Part shown: piece by piece, positions 31,227 through 40,969 of the stretch
How the letters are laid out: the number at the start of each line of letters is the position of its first letter
How positions within the stretch are numbered: position 1 is the stretch's first letter
DNA from: Candidatus Poribacteria bacterium
Lineage (GTDB): Bacteria > Poribacteria > WGA-4E > PCPOR2b
Length of the DNA: 64,000 nucleotides
Assembly (NCBI GenBank): GCA_965198175.1
Contig: OZ240245.1
Span: 1,344,001-1,408,000, forward strand
Reading direction: 5' to 3'
The notes under the pieces: generated by a model
Seen by the model: only the letters and a program-made list of their open reading frames with translations
Told to the model about the DNA's origin: nothing
Database searches by the model: none
Translations under genes and position numbers: made by a program

Positions 31227-33353
31227 TTATCCAGATTCTAGTTCCTTCTCAGCCAGCGCGTTGAGTATCTTTTCGGGCGAGATTGGGAGGTCTCGGATGC
31301 GGACACCAATTGCGTTATAAATTGCGTTTGCAATCGCACCCGCTGTCGGGATGGTTGCAGGTTCACCGACACCTGTCACTTTCCGGTCGGTATCGAAAGC
31401 AATGGACTTTATCTCAGGAACCTCCATTGCTCCCACAACCTTGTAATCTTCGAGGTTCGGGTTGATCATATAGCCTGTCTGTGGGTCCATAATACGGTCC
31501 TCAAGCAGGGCGTAGCCCAATCCCATGATAACACCGCCGTTAATTTGGCTTTCGCAGGTCAAGCGGTTCATCACCAGACCGCAGTCCTGAACTGCCACAA
31601 TCCTGATGGCCTTCACTTCGCCGGTTTCCGTGTCCACCTCGATTTCGGCAAACTGTGTTCCGGCAGCTCCAGGCTCACTGAGATTGTCGTGCCAGGCTCC
31701 GTTCCCGGCGATTGTCTCCATACCGAGATGACCCGATGCACCTTTCCACGACACGCTCTTCGTTCGATCCGATGCGGCGTAAATCTTACCATCTACGGCA
31801 CGCAAGTCTTCCGGTTGGGTTTCCAAAAGTGGCGCTATCCGTTCAAATAGTTTCTGCTTGGCTGCTGTTGCCGCAGTCTTGACTACCGGGGCAACGGAGG
31901 GCGTTGTTGTGCTTCCGCCGCTGCCTCCAGAGGGCAATCCTGGTCCGCTGTCACCAATTTTCACACTGATATCTTGGGGTTGTAGACCGAGTTCCTCCGC
32001 AACGATTATCGCAATTACCGTTCGGATACCGGTGCCGAGATCTTGTGTTCCCGTGACCGCTTCGACCGTGCCATCTGCGTGGATTGTCACGCGCGCTTGC
32101 GTTCCTGCGTGTCCGCCGCCGCCCCAGAGTCCGCTTCCCATGCCTATGCCGCGCTTCTTGGCGCCTTTCCCAGCGCCGGGGACTTTGTTGCGTCGGTGCC
32201 AGCCGATTTCCTGCGCGCCGAGGGTGTATTCTGCTTGACGCACATCGCTAGAATCGTTGATTCGGCGGAATTCTAACGGATCTATTCCCAGTTTTTCGGC
32301 GAGTTCATCCATCAGCGAGTCCATCCCAAACGCGCCTTGAGGGTGTCCGGGCGCGCGCATTGCACGTTCATTCCCGGCGTTAATTGCAACAGCAAACTTC
32401 TCAGACCGAACATTTGGAACACTGTAGACATAGGGACCCGTAAAACCAGCGCCACCGCTGATTCCGCCTGTGCCATAGCCTCGCAGGTCGTAAGCGATTA
32501 GGCGACCATCTTTCGTCGCGCCCGCACGGACGCGCTGTGTCATTGACGGGCGATTACCTGCGACAAGATGCTCATCTTTGCGCGTTAGCATCAATTTCAC
32601 CGGCGCTCCGGCTTTTCGGGCAAGTTCCGCCGCTGCACGTCCTTCGACACCGGGGCTAAACTTACTTCCGAAACCGCCCCCCATGTGCTCAGTGATGATG
32701 CGGACCTTGTCTTCAGGTATTTTAAAGTGTTGGGCAAAATCTCGGCGTGTCCCAAACACCGCCTGTGTCGAAGCCCAAACGGTCAGGTTATCCCCGTCCC
32801 ATTCGGCAACGTGCCCATGGGTTTCAAGACAGACATGGGTTTGAACGGGTGCGCTATAAGTCGTCTCCACTTCCACGACCGCCTCAGCAAAGCCGGCTTC
32901 GACGTCCCCGCGTTCCTCAATGCTAGGTTGACTCTGATTCCGGAGCCAATCATCGCGAATTTGTGGTGCATCCTCACCCATTGCCTCTTCAACATCGACG
33001 ACAAAGGGAAGGTCCTCAAAGTCGTACTGAATTAACCGAGCCGCATCATTTGCAATGTCGTCTGTGATTGCAGCAACTGCGGCGATTTCCTGCCCTTCGT
33101 AGCGTAGGCGTTTGCCGGGTTCAATCAGCGGGATGGCAGCTTTGACACCAGGCAGCGCTTCCGCCTCGCTGAGATCGATAGCCGTAATCGTCGCATGTGC
33201 AACCGGTGACCGCAGAATTCGACCGTAAAGCATTCCCGGCCGATTGATGTCGAACGTGTACTTTGCTTTCCCCGTGACTTTATCCGCGCCTGACAAACGA
33301 GGGATACGTTTTCCAATCAGGCGTGTTTCATGTGCTTCTCCCCACGATGCCAT
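31227..33353 (-). CDS. xanthine dehydrogenase family molybdopterin subunit (PaoC/YagR-like)
   Basis: KVTGKAKY, MGGGFGSK, MRAPG, QDLGTG, SGGS, SQINGG, GVGEP. Confidence 0.93.
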   Translation of the reverse strand: MASWGEAHETRLIGKRIPRLSGADKVTGKAKYTFDINRPGMLYGRILRSPVAHATITAIDLSEAEALPGVKAAIPLIEPGKRLRYEGQEIAAVAAITDDIANDAARLIQYDFEDLPFVVDVEEAMGEDAPQIRDDWLRNQSQPSIEERGDVEAGFAEAVVEVETTYSAPVQTHVCLETHGHVAEWDGDNLTVWASTQAVFGTRRDFAQHFKIPEDKVRIITEHMGGGFGSKFSPGVEGRAAAELARKAGAPVKLMLTRKDEHLVAGNRPSMTQRVRAGATKDGRLIAYDLRGYGTGGISGGAGFTGPYVYSVPNVRSEKFAVAINAGNERAMRAPGHPQGAFGMDSLMDELAEKLGIDPLEFRRINDSSDVRQAEYTLGAQEIGWHRRNKVPGAGKGAKKRGIGMGSGLWGGGGHAGTQARVTIHADGTVEAVTGTQDLGTGIRTVIAIIVAEELGLQPQDISVKIGDSGPGLPSGGSGGSTTTPSVAPVVKTAATAAKQKLFERIAPLLETQPEDLRAVDGKIYAASDRTKSVSWKGASGHLGMETIAGNGAWHDNLSEPGAAGTQFAEIEVDTETGEVKAIRIVAVQDCGLVMNRLTCESQINGGVIMGLGYALLEDRIMDPQTGYMINPNLEDYKVVGAMEVPEIKSIAFDTDRKVTGVGEPATIPTAGAIANAIYNAIGVRIRDLPISPEKILNALAEKELESG

Positions 33354-33357
33354 TCGT

Positions 33358-34008
33358 CTAACCTCCCATCTTACGCGAAGCAGTTTTCACTGCCTCAAAG
33401 ATAAACGGATAGGTGCCACATCGACAGATGTTGCCGGACAACCCTCCCTTGATTTCTTCGAGGGTTGGAGCCGGGTTGTCATCTAGCAACGACTTCGACG
33501 CCACAACAAAGCCCGGTGTGCAGAACCCGCACATCAGGGCGTCGTGTTGAATAAACGCTTCCTGCACAGGGTGCAACTGATCGCCGTTCGCAAGCCCTTC
33601 GACCGTCGTGACGTGTTTCCCTGCGGAATCAATCGCAAGCATCATGCAGGAGTAGACCGGTTTCCCGTCCACCTGTACTGTACAGCCGCCGCACTCCCCG
33701 CGATCACAGATGGGCTTTGCGCCAGTCAAATCAATGCGTTTGCCGCTGGTGTCGATTCCGTCCCGAAGCACACTCAACAGCGTCGCACGCGGTTCAACTT
33801 CAACCTCATGCGTTTCATTGTTAATATGGAGCTTGATTTTGGCGTGGGTAATCGCTTCACCCATTTGGGCGTTCGCCGATCTTTCAACACTGACGAACGC
33901 AGTCGGTGCAACCGTCGCTGCAACCGCGCCAGTACCCATACCTTTCAGGAAACCCCGTCGCGAGATGACGGATTCACTTTTCTGATCTAGATCTTTTTCT
34001 TTTGCCAT
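33358..34008 (-). CDS. Tat-exported 2Fe-2S subunit (PaoA/YagT-like)
   Basis: SRRGFLK Tat motif, CDRGECGGC..C, CGFCTPG, CRC. Confidence 0.93.
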   Translation of the reverse strand: MAKEKDLDQKSESVISRRGFLKGMGTGAVAATVAPTAFVSVERSANAQMGEAITHAKIKLHINNETHEVEVEPRATLLSVLRDGIDTSGKRIDLTGAKPICDRGECGGCTVQVDGKPVYSCMMLAIDSAGKHVTTVEGLANGDQLHPVQEAFIQHDALMCGFCTPGFVVASKSLLDDNPAPTLEEIKGGLSGNICRCGTYPFIFEAVKTASRKMGG

Positions 34009-34081
34009 GTCCCCCTCCGTAACCTATAGAATTATAGGGGTGTCACAAAAATTCGCTTAGTCCGCTGAAGATAACAGACTG

Positions 34082-34110
34082 AATTTATCACATTCCGTCA
34101 TCTTTGTCAA
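34082..34110 (-). promoter_or_regulatory. sigma70 promoter of the molybdoenzyme operon
   Basis: TTGACA-17-TAAATT with TGn extension. Confidence 0.6.
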
Positions 34111-34151
34111 GCGAAAAGCACGATAAGGAGAAAAGTGTTCAAAAAGAGAAA

Positions 34152-34166
34152 TGGCATAAAAATTGC
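34152..34166 (+). promoter_or_regulatory. putative sigma54 promoter upstream of WD40 gene
   Basis: TGGCAT-AAAAA-TTGC. Confidence 0.55.
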
Positions 34167-34363
34167 TATTTTGACGGTATGTTGATTCGTAAAGCGTTCT
34201 AGCTTATTTCTACCCGCGCAGGGTGAGTAACACTATAGCAAAGTAATTAGTGGTTAAGTGAATGCCGCCGACACCAGTTGTCCAAGGTTTCGGACCGATA
34301 ATTGAGACGGCCAAATGAAAATTATACATGATGAAGCGATTCGCTAACCGAGATTCATACCGC

Positions 34364-34402
34364 TGCACCAAAATGTGCACTAAAGTGCACCAAACGGTGC
34401 AA
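34364..34402. repeat. TGCAC array (NtrC-site-like overlapping palindromes)
   Basis: TGCACCAAAATGTGCACTAAAGTGCACCAAACGGTGCAA. Confidence 0.6.
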
Positions 34403-34426
34403 CTTAATTTTTTGAGGGAGGGTACC

Positions 34427-36610
34427 GTGAAGAAAAATCTGTTTAAACTCGCATTTCTGATATTGAGCGCATTGTACTTTTGGACAGACATTGCGAAGGG
34501 ACACCCATTTCCTGAACAGCCGACTATGCGCCTAGGTAAGGGGCGTATCAGCCGTATTGCCTACTCCCCCGACGGGAAGCTACTTGGAGCCGCGGGAAGC
34601 GTCGGTGTCTGGCTGTATGACGCTGAAACCATGACTGACGTTGGGTTGTTAGAGAGCGCACCCGACCACCTTTATTCGCTTGCCTTCAGCCCGGATGGAA
34701 AGACGCTTGCAGCGGGCAGTGCCTACAAGGCGGTGCAACTGTGGAATATCGAAGACCGGCGAAAAATCGAGGTATTGACAGATTTTTGGGGGCGTGCTTC
34801 GCCAGTCGCCTTCAGTCCCGACGGGAGGCGACTAGCGGTAAAGGAAAACAGGGGTATTCACCTGTGGGACATCAGGAAAAAAGAATCAATCACTGTTTTC
34901 AAACCGGAGGAAGGTTCATCCTCATTCGCCTTCAGCCCGACGGGAGAGATTATTGCGGAAAATGTCGGTAGTATCATTCGCTTGTGGGATGCGGGGCAGC
35001 AACGTGAACTAGGGATATTGGAGGGACATACAGATTGGGTTTTGTTTGTCGATTTTAGCCCCGATGGGCGGACGCTCGTGTCGGGCGGAGTGGATTGGAC
35101 GGTACGGCTGTGGGATGTAGCCAATCGAAAACAGATCAATCTTTTGAATCGAGCCGCTGTTAATGGTAGGTTTAGCCCTGACGGAAAAATCCTCGCTTTG
35201 AGTTTTGATGACATAATGCTCTGGGACGTGTTTCAGCAGAAGGTAATTGGTGTGATATCGTGCGAGATGGAAGGAGGTGTTTCTTCGCTTGTATTTAGTC
35301 CCGACGGCAAACGGCTGGCGGCAATCTCGGGTTGGGATTATGATGAAATGCGCATAGGTGTTTGGGATGTTGCGTCCCTGGAATATGTCGCAGGAATCAA
35401 CGAACACGCGGAATTGATTGAATTCAAAATGTTCAGTGCGGACAGTAAAAACCTTGTTTCAAGCGGAGATTCGATTCGTCTGTGGGATATTGAACGACGT
35501 GAGGTGTTCAGTTCACTCCAAGTCGGTTTTGCTGACCCGATTGTGCTCAGTCCCGATGGAAAACTCATCGCTTATGTCGTTCATGAGGAAGGAGACAATC
35601 GAATTCAGTTGTGGGATATACGGCATCAGAGACGAATCGACAGTTGGGACGGTCACCTACGAGAGATTTCGATGCTCACCTTTAGTCCCGATGGAAAGAC
35701 GCTTGCTTCAGGAGGCGGGGGGAATAAGACGATTCGTCTCTGGAGGGTCGAAACACGCAAGATGGTAGATGAGTTGAAACCTATCATCCTGCCGACGGTA
35801 GCTCTCCGTTTCACACCCGATGGAAAGACGCTCATCTCCGTTGGTAGAAAGGCGACATCGTTGTGGAACATTGAAACGAGGGAAGACATTGGGCGGCTGA
35901 AACAGGGGGCATTGAATGCAACTGCCTTGAGTCCCGATGGACGCATCCTTGCTTCAGCCAAACGAAACGTTCACTTGTGGGACGTACGAGAGCAGAAGCA
36001 GATTCGGAGCTCATCAGCGAATGTGTATCCGAATGTGCTTGCCTTCAGCCCCGATGGAAAGTTCCTCGCCTCAGGCCACGGTGCCTTGGGATTTACGCGT
36101 GATTCAGCCGTTCGGATTTGGGATGTCGAAACACTGGAGTTGGTCGCTGAACTGCTTGGCCATACTGGTGGAGTGAGCTCCGTTGCTTTCAGTTGTGATG
36201 GAAAATGGCTTGCTTCCAGCGGAAGCGACCTTACAACTCTGCTCTGGAAGGTGAATCTGCCGGTTCCAATTGCAATCGAGTCCGAAGGAAAACGGGCGAT
36301 TCTGCTTGGCGGCCTCAAGCGGACCATGCTGCTGCAAAACTTCCCGAACCCGTTTAACCCTGAGACGTGGATGCCTTACTACCTCACCGAGGATGCGTCC
36401 GTAGCAATCCAGATTTGCGACGCGCAAGGCAATCTGGTACGCATACTCGATCTAGGACAAAATTCGGCGGGTGCATATCTCTCAAGGGATACCGCGGCTT
36501 ACTGGGATGGGAGAAACAGTAGTGGAGAAGCGGTGGCAAGCGGCGTCTACTTTTACCGTCTTCGGGCGGGTGAGTTCGAGGCAACGCGCCGTATGCTCAT
36601 GGTCAAATAG
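34427..36610 (+). CDS. secreted WD40-repeat protein with C-terminal FlgD-Ig/T9SS type A-like domain
   Basis: GGAGG RBS and GTG, signal peptide, more than a dozen FSPDG..LWD repeats, LLQNFPNPFNPETW...WDGRN..GE.VASGVYFYRL. Confidence 0.9.
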   Translation: MKKNLFKLAFLILSALYFWTDIAKGHPFPEQPTMRLGKGRISRIAYSPDGKLLGAAGSVGVWLYDAETMTDVGLLESAPDHLYSLAFSPDGKTLAAGSAYKAVQLWNIEDRRKIEVLTDFWGRASPVAFSPDGRRLAVKENRGIHLWDIRKKESITVFKPEEGSSSFAFSPTGEIIAENVGSIIRLWDAGQQRELGILEGHTDWVLFVDFSPDGRTLVSGGVDWTVRLWDVANRKQINLLNRAAVNGRFSPDGKILALSFDDIMLWDVFQQKVIGVISCEMEGGVSSLVFSPDGKRLAAISGWDYDEMRIGVWDVASLEYVAGINEHAELIEFKMFSADSKNLVSSGDSIRLWDIERREVFSSLQVGFADPIVLSPDGKLIAYVVHEEGDNRIQLWDIRHQRRIDSWDGHLREISMLTFSPDGKTLASGGGGNKTIRLWRVETRKMVDELKPIILPTVALRFTPDGKTLISVGRKATSLWNIETREDIGRLKQGALNATALSPDGRILASAKRNVHLWDVREQKQIRSSSANVYPNVLAFSPDGKFLASGHGALGFTRDSAVRIWDVETLELVAELLGHTGGVSSVAFSCDGKWLASSGSDLTTLLWKVNLPVPIAIESEGKRAILLGGLKRTMLLQNFPNPFNPETWMPYYLTEDASVAIQICDAQGNLVRILDLGQNSAGAYLSRDTAAYWDGRNSSGEAVASGVYFYRLRAGEFEATRRMLMVK

Positions 36611-36764
36611 AACACGCCCAATGGACCGGTGACGCGCAACTTTCGATAAAACCGAGAGGTAAATCGAGCGTGTTGTTCTTACATTCCTAATTATGTTAGA
36701 ATACGTCTTGCTGATATGACGCTAACTAAGTTGAAAACTTAGAAAGATGTGCGAGGATAAAGTC

Positions 36765-37229
36765 ATGGAATACAAAATTCCAATGCGTATCGTTGTTGTG
36801 AATCCTCCAGTCGGAGTCAATTTCTCTCTGGAAAACAACGGAAATTTGGTTTCGGTTGCCCAATCTACAGGGAGTGATATCACGTTCGATTTTGACGCGA
36901 TTGTGAAAGCGCGTCGCAACACAGGTCTTCCTGACGTTACAGGGGCATTCGCACGAGGAACGCCCTCGAAACCGTTCTTCTACATCAATATCGGGGAAAT
37001 GGCAGGTCAGGCGGACTGTAAATGGAGCAGAAGGGCAAAAATCTGGATTTCATCGGGCTATCCAAAATTTAACGTCCAGGAGGAAGTGACTTGGCAAATG
37101 GTGAAAGAGGTGTCCCAGAATCCGATTAAGGTGCTCATGGCGAGGTATATGGGAACAGATGAGGAAGGTGGACCTCGTTGTGCCAGTATTGAGCTTATAG
37201 ATGGTGGATGGGTTGTTGCAGATAGGTGA
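36765..37229 (+). CDS. DUF5990-like protein
   Basis: RIVVVNPP.GV.F, G.FARG....FFYINIG..AGQ....WSRRAKI. Confidence 0.65.
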   Translation: MEYKIPMRIVVVNPPVGVNFSLENNGNLVSVAQSTGSDITFDFDAIVKARRNTGLPDVTGAFARGTPSKPFFYINIGEMAGQADCKWSRRAKIWISSGYPKFNVQEEVTWQMVKEVSQNPIKVLMARYMGTDEEGGPRCASIELIDGGWVVADR

Positions 37230-37308
37230 TTGCCCACAACTCAAACTACGGGAAATCCAGCGTAATGGTTCATAATGTCACTTAGGTCAAAACTAAAAGG
37301 AAATAATC

Positions 37309-37923
37309 ATGGAACAGGAAGTGGACATCAACGAAGCGCTGATCCATGCAGCAAAGAACGGCAATTTTGATGAAGCCCGCCGACTAGTCGAACAGGGGGC
37401 AGACGTGAACCACAGCGACATTCCACCATTTTTTTGGGCGTATTTCAAGGGTCACACCGATTTATGCAAGTGGCTGCTCAGTAAAGGTGGTAACATCAAT
37501 CACGATAGATTCAGCGAAATGACGTTGCTAATGAGTGCAACTGTCAGAGGAGATGTGGAGTTCGCGACTTTTCTGATTGATGTAGGCGCGGATGTAAATT
37601 TGCAACTTCCCGCCGGTGGAGAAACGGCATTGCACAAAGCCGCTGTCCGAAATCAACCTGAAACCATGAAACTCCTGATTAAACGCGGCGGTGATGTAAA
37701 TCGACAAACCAAAGTCGGCGGTAGTACAGAGATGGATTTTTTCGGTAAAGTTTGGGGAGAGACACCGCTTCACATTGCCGCTGTAGCGGCCGATAAAGAA
37801 GCAATCAAAGTTTTACTCGATGCTGGTGCTGACAGAACCATCAAGACTGCCAAAGGTGACACTCCATTCGACTATGCACAACGTTATGAAAGACCAGAGG
37901 AAATTATTCGCCTGCTTCAGTAG
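37309..37923 (+). CDS. ankyrin-repeat protein
   Basis: Repeated GETALHKAA/GETPLHIAA...LL..GADVN units. Confidence 0.9.
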   Translation: MEQEVDINEALIHAAKNGNFDEARRLVEQGADVNHSDIPPFFWAYFKGHTDLCKWLLSKGGNINHDRFSEMTLLMSATVRGDVEFATFLIDVGADVNLQLPAGGETALHKAAVRNQPETMKLLIKRGGDVNRQTKVGGSTEMDFFGKVWGETPLHIAAVAADKEAIKVLLDAGADRTIKTAKGDTPFDYAQRYERPEEIIRLLQ

Positions 37924-38056
37924 GAGAACGTTTACGCTAGTCCACAAGTGCAATTATCCGCCGAAATGAAACCGATTTGTCAGGGCAGAGCACTTCCCAT
38001 CGGCAAACAGAGGGGCACGCTTATGCCACATCTTGCGCCGCGTATTATTGTGACGG

Positions 38057-38085
38057 TGTAATTCCCCCCCAAAACTAGACAGTTG
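38057..38085 (+). mobile_element. isolated IS3-family-like terminal inverted repeat
   Basis: TGTAATTCCCCCCCAAAACTAGACAG resembles IS3-family ends; no partner end or transposase seen. Confidence 0.4.
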
Positions 38086-38108
38086 AATGACGTAGATCTC
38101 GAACGAAA

Positions 38109-38501
38109 CTAACGACCAGGAGTAAAAGGCTTTTCAAAAAATGAGTCATTGAATTTATAAGAGACCTTTAAATTCTTGCATATAGCTTTGAATAAACGTA
38201 AACGGTCGTCCTGACTCTTGCTTTCGTGGTACTTATTTAAAGCGTTTCGGACCGGGACCGAATCGTGAAATACGACGAATACCTCGTTCAATGCGGCAAA
38301 AAATTCTTCTCGGGAACGCTCCGCATTACTTTCCCGTCCTTCTGCTATGGCAAAACGGTTGCCCAAAAGTCTACGAAAAGTGTCGAATTTTTGCTTGCGG
38401 TTCTCATATTTTCGGTAGAAGCATGATGATACGATGACTCCGATTAACCCAGACAATAGTGAAGCAATTATAGTTACCCAGAATGGGGCCAAAAATCTCA
38501 C
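38109..38501 (-). CDS. DUF6680-like membrane-anchored protein
   Basis: GGAGG RBS; N-terminal TM, F..L..NR, F..ALN.V.VVF...V..AL. Confidence 0.6.
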   Translation of the reverse strand: MRFLAPFWVTIIASLLSGLIGVIVSSCFYRKYENRKQKFDTFRRLLGNRFAIAEGRESNAERSREEFFAALNEVFVVFHDSVPVRNALNKYHESKSQDDRLRLFKAICKNLKVSYKFNDSFFEKPFTPGR

Positions 38502-38574
38502 CTCCTCCCTACAGAAAGCTAGCAGCGCTGTAAACTGAAGATTGATTATATGAAATTGAGAGTTTTACCTAAGC

Positions 38575-38775
38575 TCTAAGGTAAAGACCGTCGCTTTGCT
38601 TCTTGATGGGCTGTGGCACATACTGCATCCAAGAAAAACAAATTCTGGATATGGAGAGTCTCTGACAGAAATACCGAATACCTCATTGACTGACAGTGCG
38701 GCGGATGGGATAGGGCAACACTTGAGAAACTCGTCGCCCGCGTTTCTGGGTCGAATATCATAACGTACTATTGGA
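38575..38775 (+). mobile_element. IS1-family transposase (InsB-like) remnant
   Basis: LDGLWH.. frameshift KNKFWIWRVSDRNTEYLID*QCGGWDRATLEKL. Confidence 0.7.
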
Positions 38776-38788
38776 GGACTACAAGACA

Positions 38789-39473
38789 CTACCATCTGCG
38801 GGTAAAACTCAACCTTCCGGTCAACCTAGTTTGTTCTTCCGCTTTTTTAGTATCATACCCAACAAGTATGCCGAGCGTGTTATTTTCGCCGTAGCCGATG
38901 TTGATTCGCGCACCGAGAATAAAGCTGAGAAGTTTGTCCTCATCGCCTAGACCCAGCACGGCTTCGACTTGGGGACCGACCGCAACGGTCCTGTTCAGGG
39001 AATAGGTAACATAGTTTCGGGTGTAGAGTTCGTTGTCCTTCTTCTCATCAAACACAGAATAGAGGGACCCAATCGTCCACGATTTGAAAAAATCTTGCCT
39101 GTGGGCAGAAAAACAAACAGGTGTGGGAAGATAGCGGAGGGGCCATCTGGCGCCTTATAATCAAACCCAAGACCGAGCATGGGCAGCACCGTGGGGCTAA
39201 AACTGTCGCCTTTAACTGCGGGTATGGAAACACCGAGGTCAAACTCGCCGAGGGTATCGTCAATGTAAATATTCGACTCAAGCGAAATACTGCCGACGCA
39301 GTGGGTCGCCCCGATCAAGAAATGCGTGCCTAAACTATCCGTATCGACTCGGAACCAGCCGGGAATGTAGCATTTTTCGGCTGACGCTTCACCTTCCTCG
39401 CTTTCTGCGTAGACTGAAAAACTCGTAGTGACCAGGATACAAACGATTATCAAACATGGGTGAATCTGTACAT
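38789..39473 (-). pseudogene. frameshifted secreted/outer-membrane beta-barrel-like protein
   Basis: ORFs 38995-39453 and 38789-39055 join if the T6 run (39087-39092) is T7; ATG 39473 is out of frame with the signal peptide; ends RLSFTRRW. Confidence 0.65.
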
Positions 39474-39723
39474 TTTGCTTTGCTGTCCTTTCTTGTCATC
39501 GAAAAAACTCAGTGTCTGCTCCCTTTCTAGGTGGCAACTTGGCTTAGAATAACCGTTTAAAACCCGTTTTGTCAACGTGCTTCAACGACCGTGCGATGAG
39601 CTTGGTATTGATACCCGCTGCGGCCAGTTTTGAAACCAAAAAATTGGACAAAGCGAATCAACTTGTGCTAAAATACTACCCTGAATTGCCGAATATCGCA
39701 ACGTTTGAAAGAGGTGAGGAGTC

Positions 39724-40026
39724 TTGCAAAACGTTCGAATCCGTTTCCATCCCACCCGCTGGGTGATTTTGATTGGGATCGTTTGTTATCTGATAACGGT
39801 AAGCCTTGTTGCGCTTACACATGAACATGAGCACGACGTTTTCGGTTCAGATCGCTGTTCCGCCTGCTTTTTCAGTGCCAACCACATCGGTATTGAGCCC
39901 CATGCCGTAGACCCCACCAATCTCGATGCCTGCATCTCAACTCACAGCGCCATCAACTTTACTTTCATCTCCACAATCCTTGCCAGCAGCGTCCACAGTC
40001 GTGCCCCGCCAGCGATTTCCGTTTAA
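39724..40026 (+). CDS. DUF2946-like leader protein (signal/TM, HEHEH, CxxC, C-terminal RAPP)
   Basis: GAGGAG RBS and TTG; THEHEHD, CSAC, SRAPP. Confidence 0.8.
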   Translation: MQNVRIRFHPTRWVILIGIVCYLITVSLVALTHEHEHDVFGSDRCSACFFSANHIGIEPHAVDPTNLDACISTHSAINFTFISTILASSVHSRAPPAISV

Positions 40027-40184
40027 TCTACTCGTTTAACCCATATCTTCTGTCTTTTTTATCCAATCAGTTTCTGTCCTTTCCCGGCTGACTGTATCCA
40101 ATTGCGGCGGTACTTTGCCTATATTTCGCTGATTCATCGGTCGTAATGCTGTGAGAATCAATCTATCTATATTTGGAGGAAATT

Positions 40185-40763
40185 ATGTTTACGCATGCTT
40201 TTAGGTTCACACTGTTGCTACTCGTATCTGTTGCACTATTCGTTGCTTGCGGCGAAGATGACAATCCCATTGTTGACGGTGACCATGACGACGAACCATT
40301 TCATGCCGATGCTGACGGTTTTATCCTCAAGGTTGACGGGAACGAGATTTACCGCCAATTTCAGGGGATGGATGAGGGCAGTATCACGCTCAAAGTCGGA
40401 GACGAACTTGATGTTTTCACCGCGTTCCTTGACCACAATAGCGATGAATTTTTCCCTGAATCTCCGGAGGAGGAAGACGATCACGACCATGACGAACATG
40501 GTGAGGAAGATGTGTTTGCCTTAGCGCTCAGCGGATTTGATTCATCAATCATCGAAGTACACCTCTACGAAGGTGAGGGAGATGAACACGATGAAGCGCA
40601 CGACGAGGAAGGCGAGGAACACGACGATGAGCTTGCCGAGAAATTCACCTTTGAGGTGAAGGGACTTAAAGCCGGTCAAACGGAACTCAAACTTCACCTC
40701 TTGCACGGCGATCATCCCGATTTCACGGCGGCGCTCTTGATTCCCGTAACGGTTACGCCGTAG
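40185..40763 (+). CDS. His/Asp/Glu-rich lipoprotein, putative metal-binding
   Basis: GGAGG RBS, lipobox FVAC, three His-acidic tracts, LHLLHGDHPDF. Confidence 0.8.
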   Translation: MFTHAFRFTLLLLVSVALFVACGEDDNPIVDGDHDDEPFHADADGFILKVDGNEIYRQFQGMDEGSITLKVGDELDVFTAFLDHNSDEFFPESPEEEDDHDHDEHGEEDVFALALSGFDSSIIEVHLYEGEGDEHDEAHDEEGEEHDDELAEKFTFEVKGLKAGQTELKLHLLHGDHPDFTAALLIPVTVTP

Positions 40764-40794
40764 TCGGAGTGTCTGCTTGGTAGGTTGTTCTGTC

Positions 40795-40834
40795 GGCTAG
40801 CCAAATCCAACGGTTCATCTGGATTTGGCTAGCC
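40795..40834. terminator. perfect 15-bp inverted repeat after lipoprotein gene
   Basis: GGCTAGCCAAATCCA/TGGATTTGGCTAGCC; no clear U-tract. Confidence 0.55.
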
Positions 40835-40969
40835 AGACCGGCGAATTGATAACTGCCAACCGTACCGGAAGAAATCATTGACAACCGGGGTAGATTTGAT
40901 TTAATATGTCCGTGATGAAACAATCCGCGAAATCCTTTAATCTGCAACCAGATTGTGAGGTAGGCTGAT

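Noticed and set aside
38012..38027. sigma54 promoter GGCACGCTTATGC
   Set aside because: Spacing is 9 and no suitably oriented gene follows
38689..38694. Selenocysteine or stop readthrough at in-frame stops of disrupted genes
   Set aside because: Stops co-occur with frameshifts and deletions and fall at Trp/Gln-type positions, consistent with decay
38565..38795. 76-aa minus-strand ORF
   Set aside because: It is the antisense of the IS1 transposase remnant
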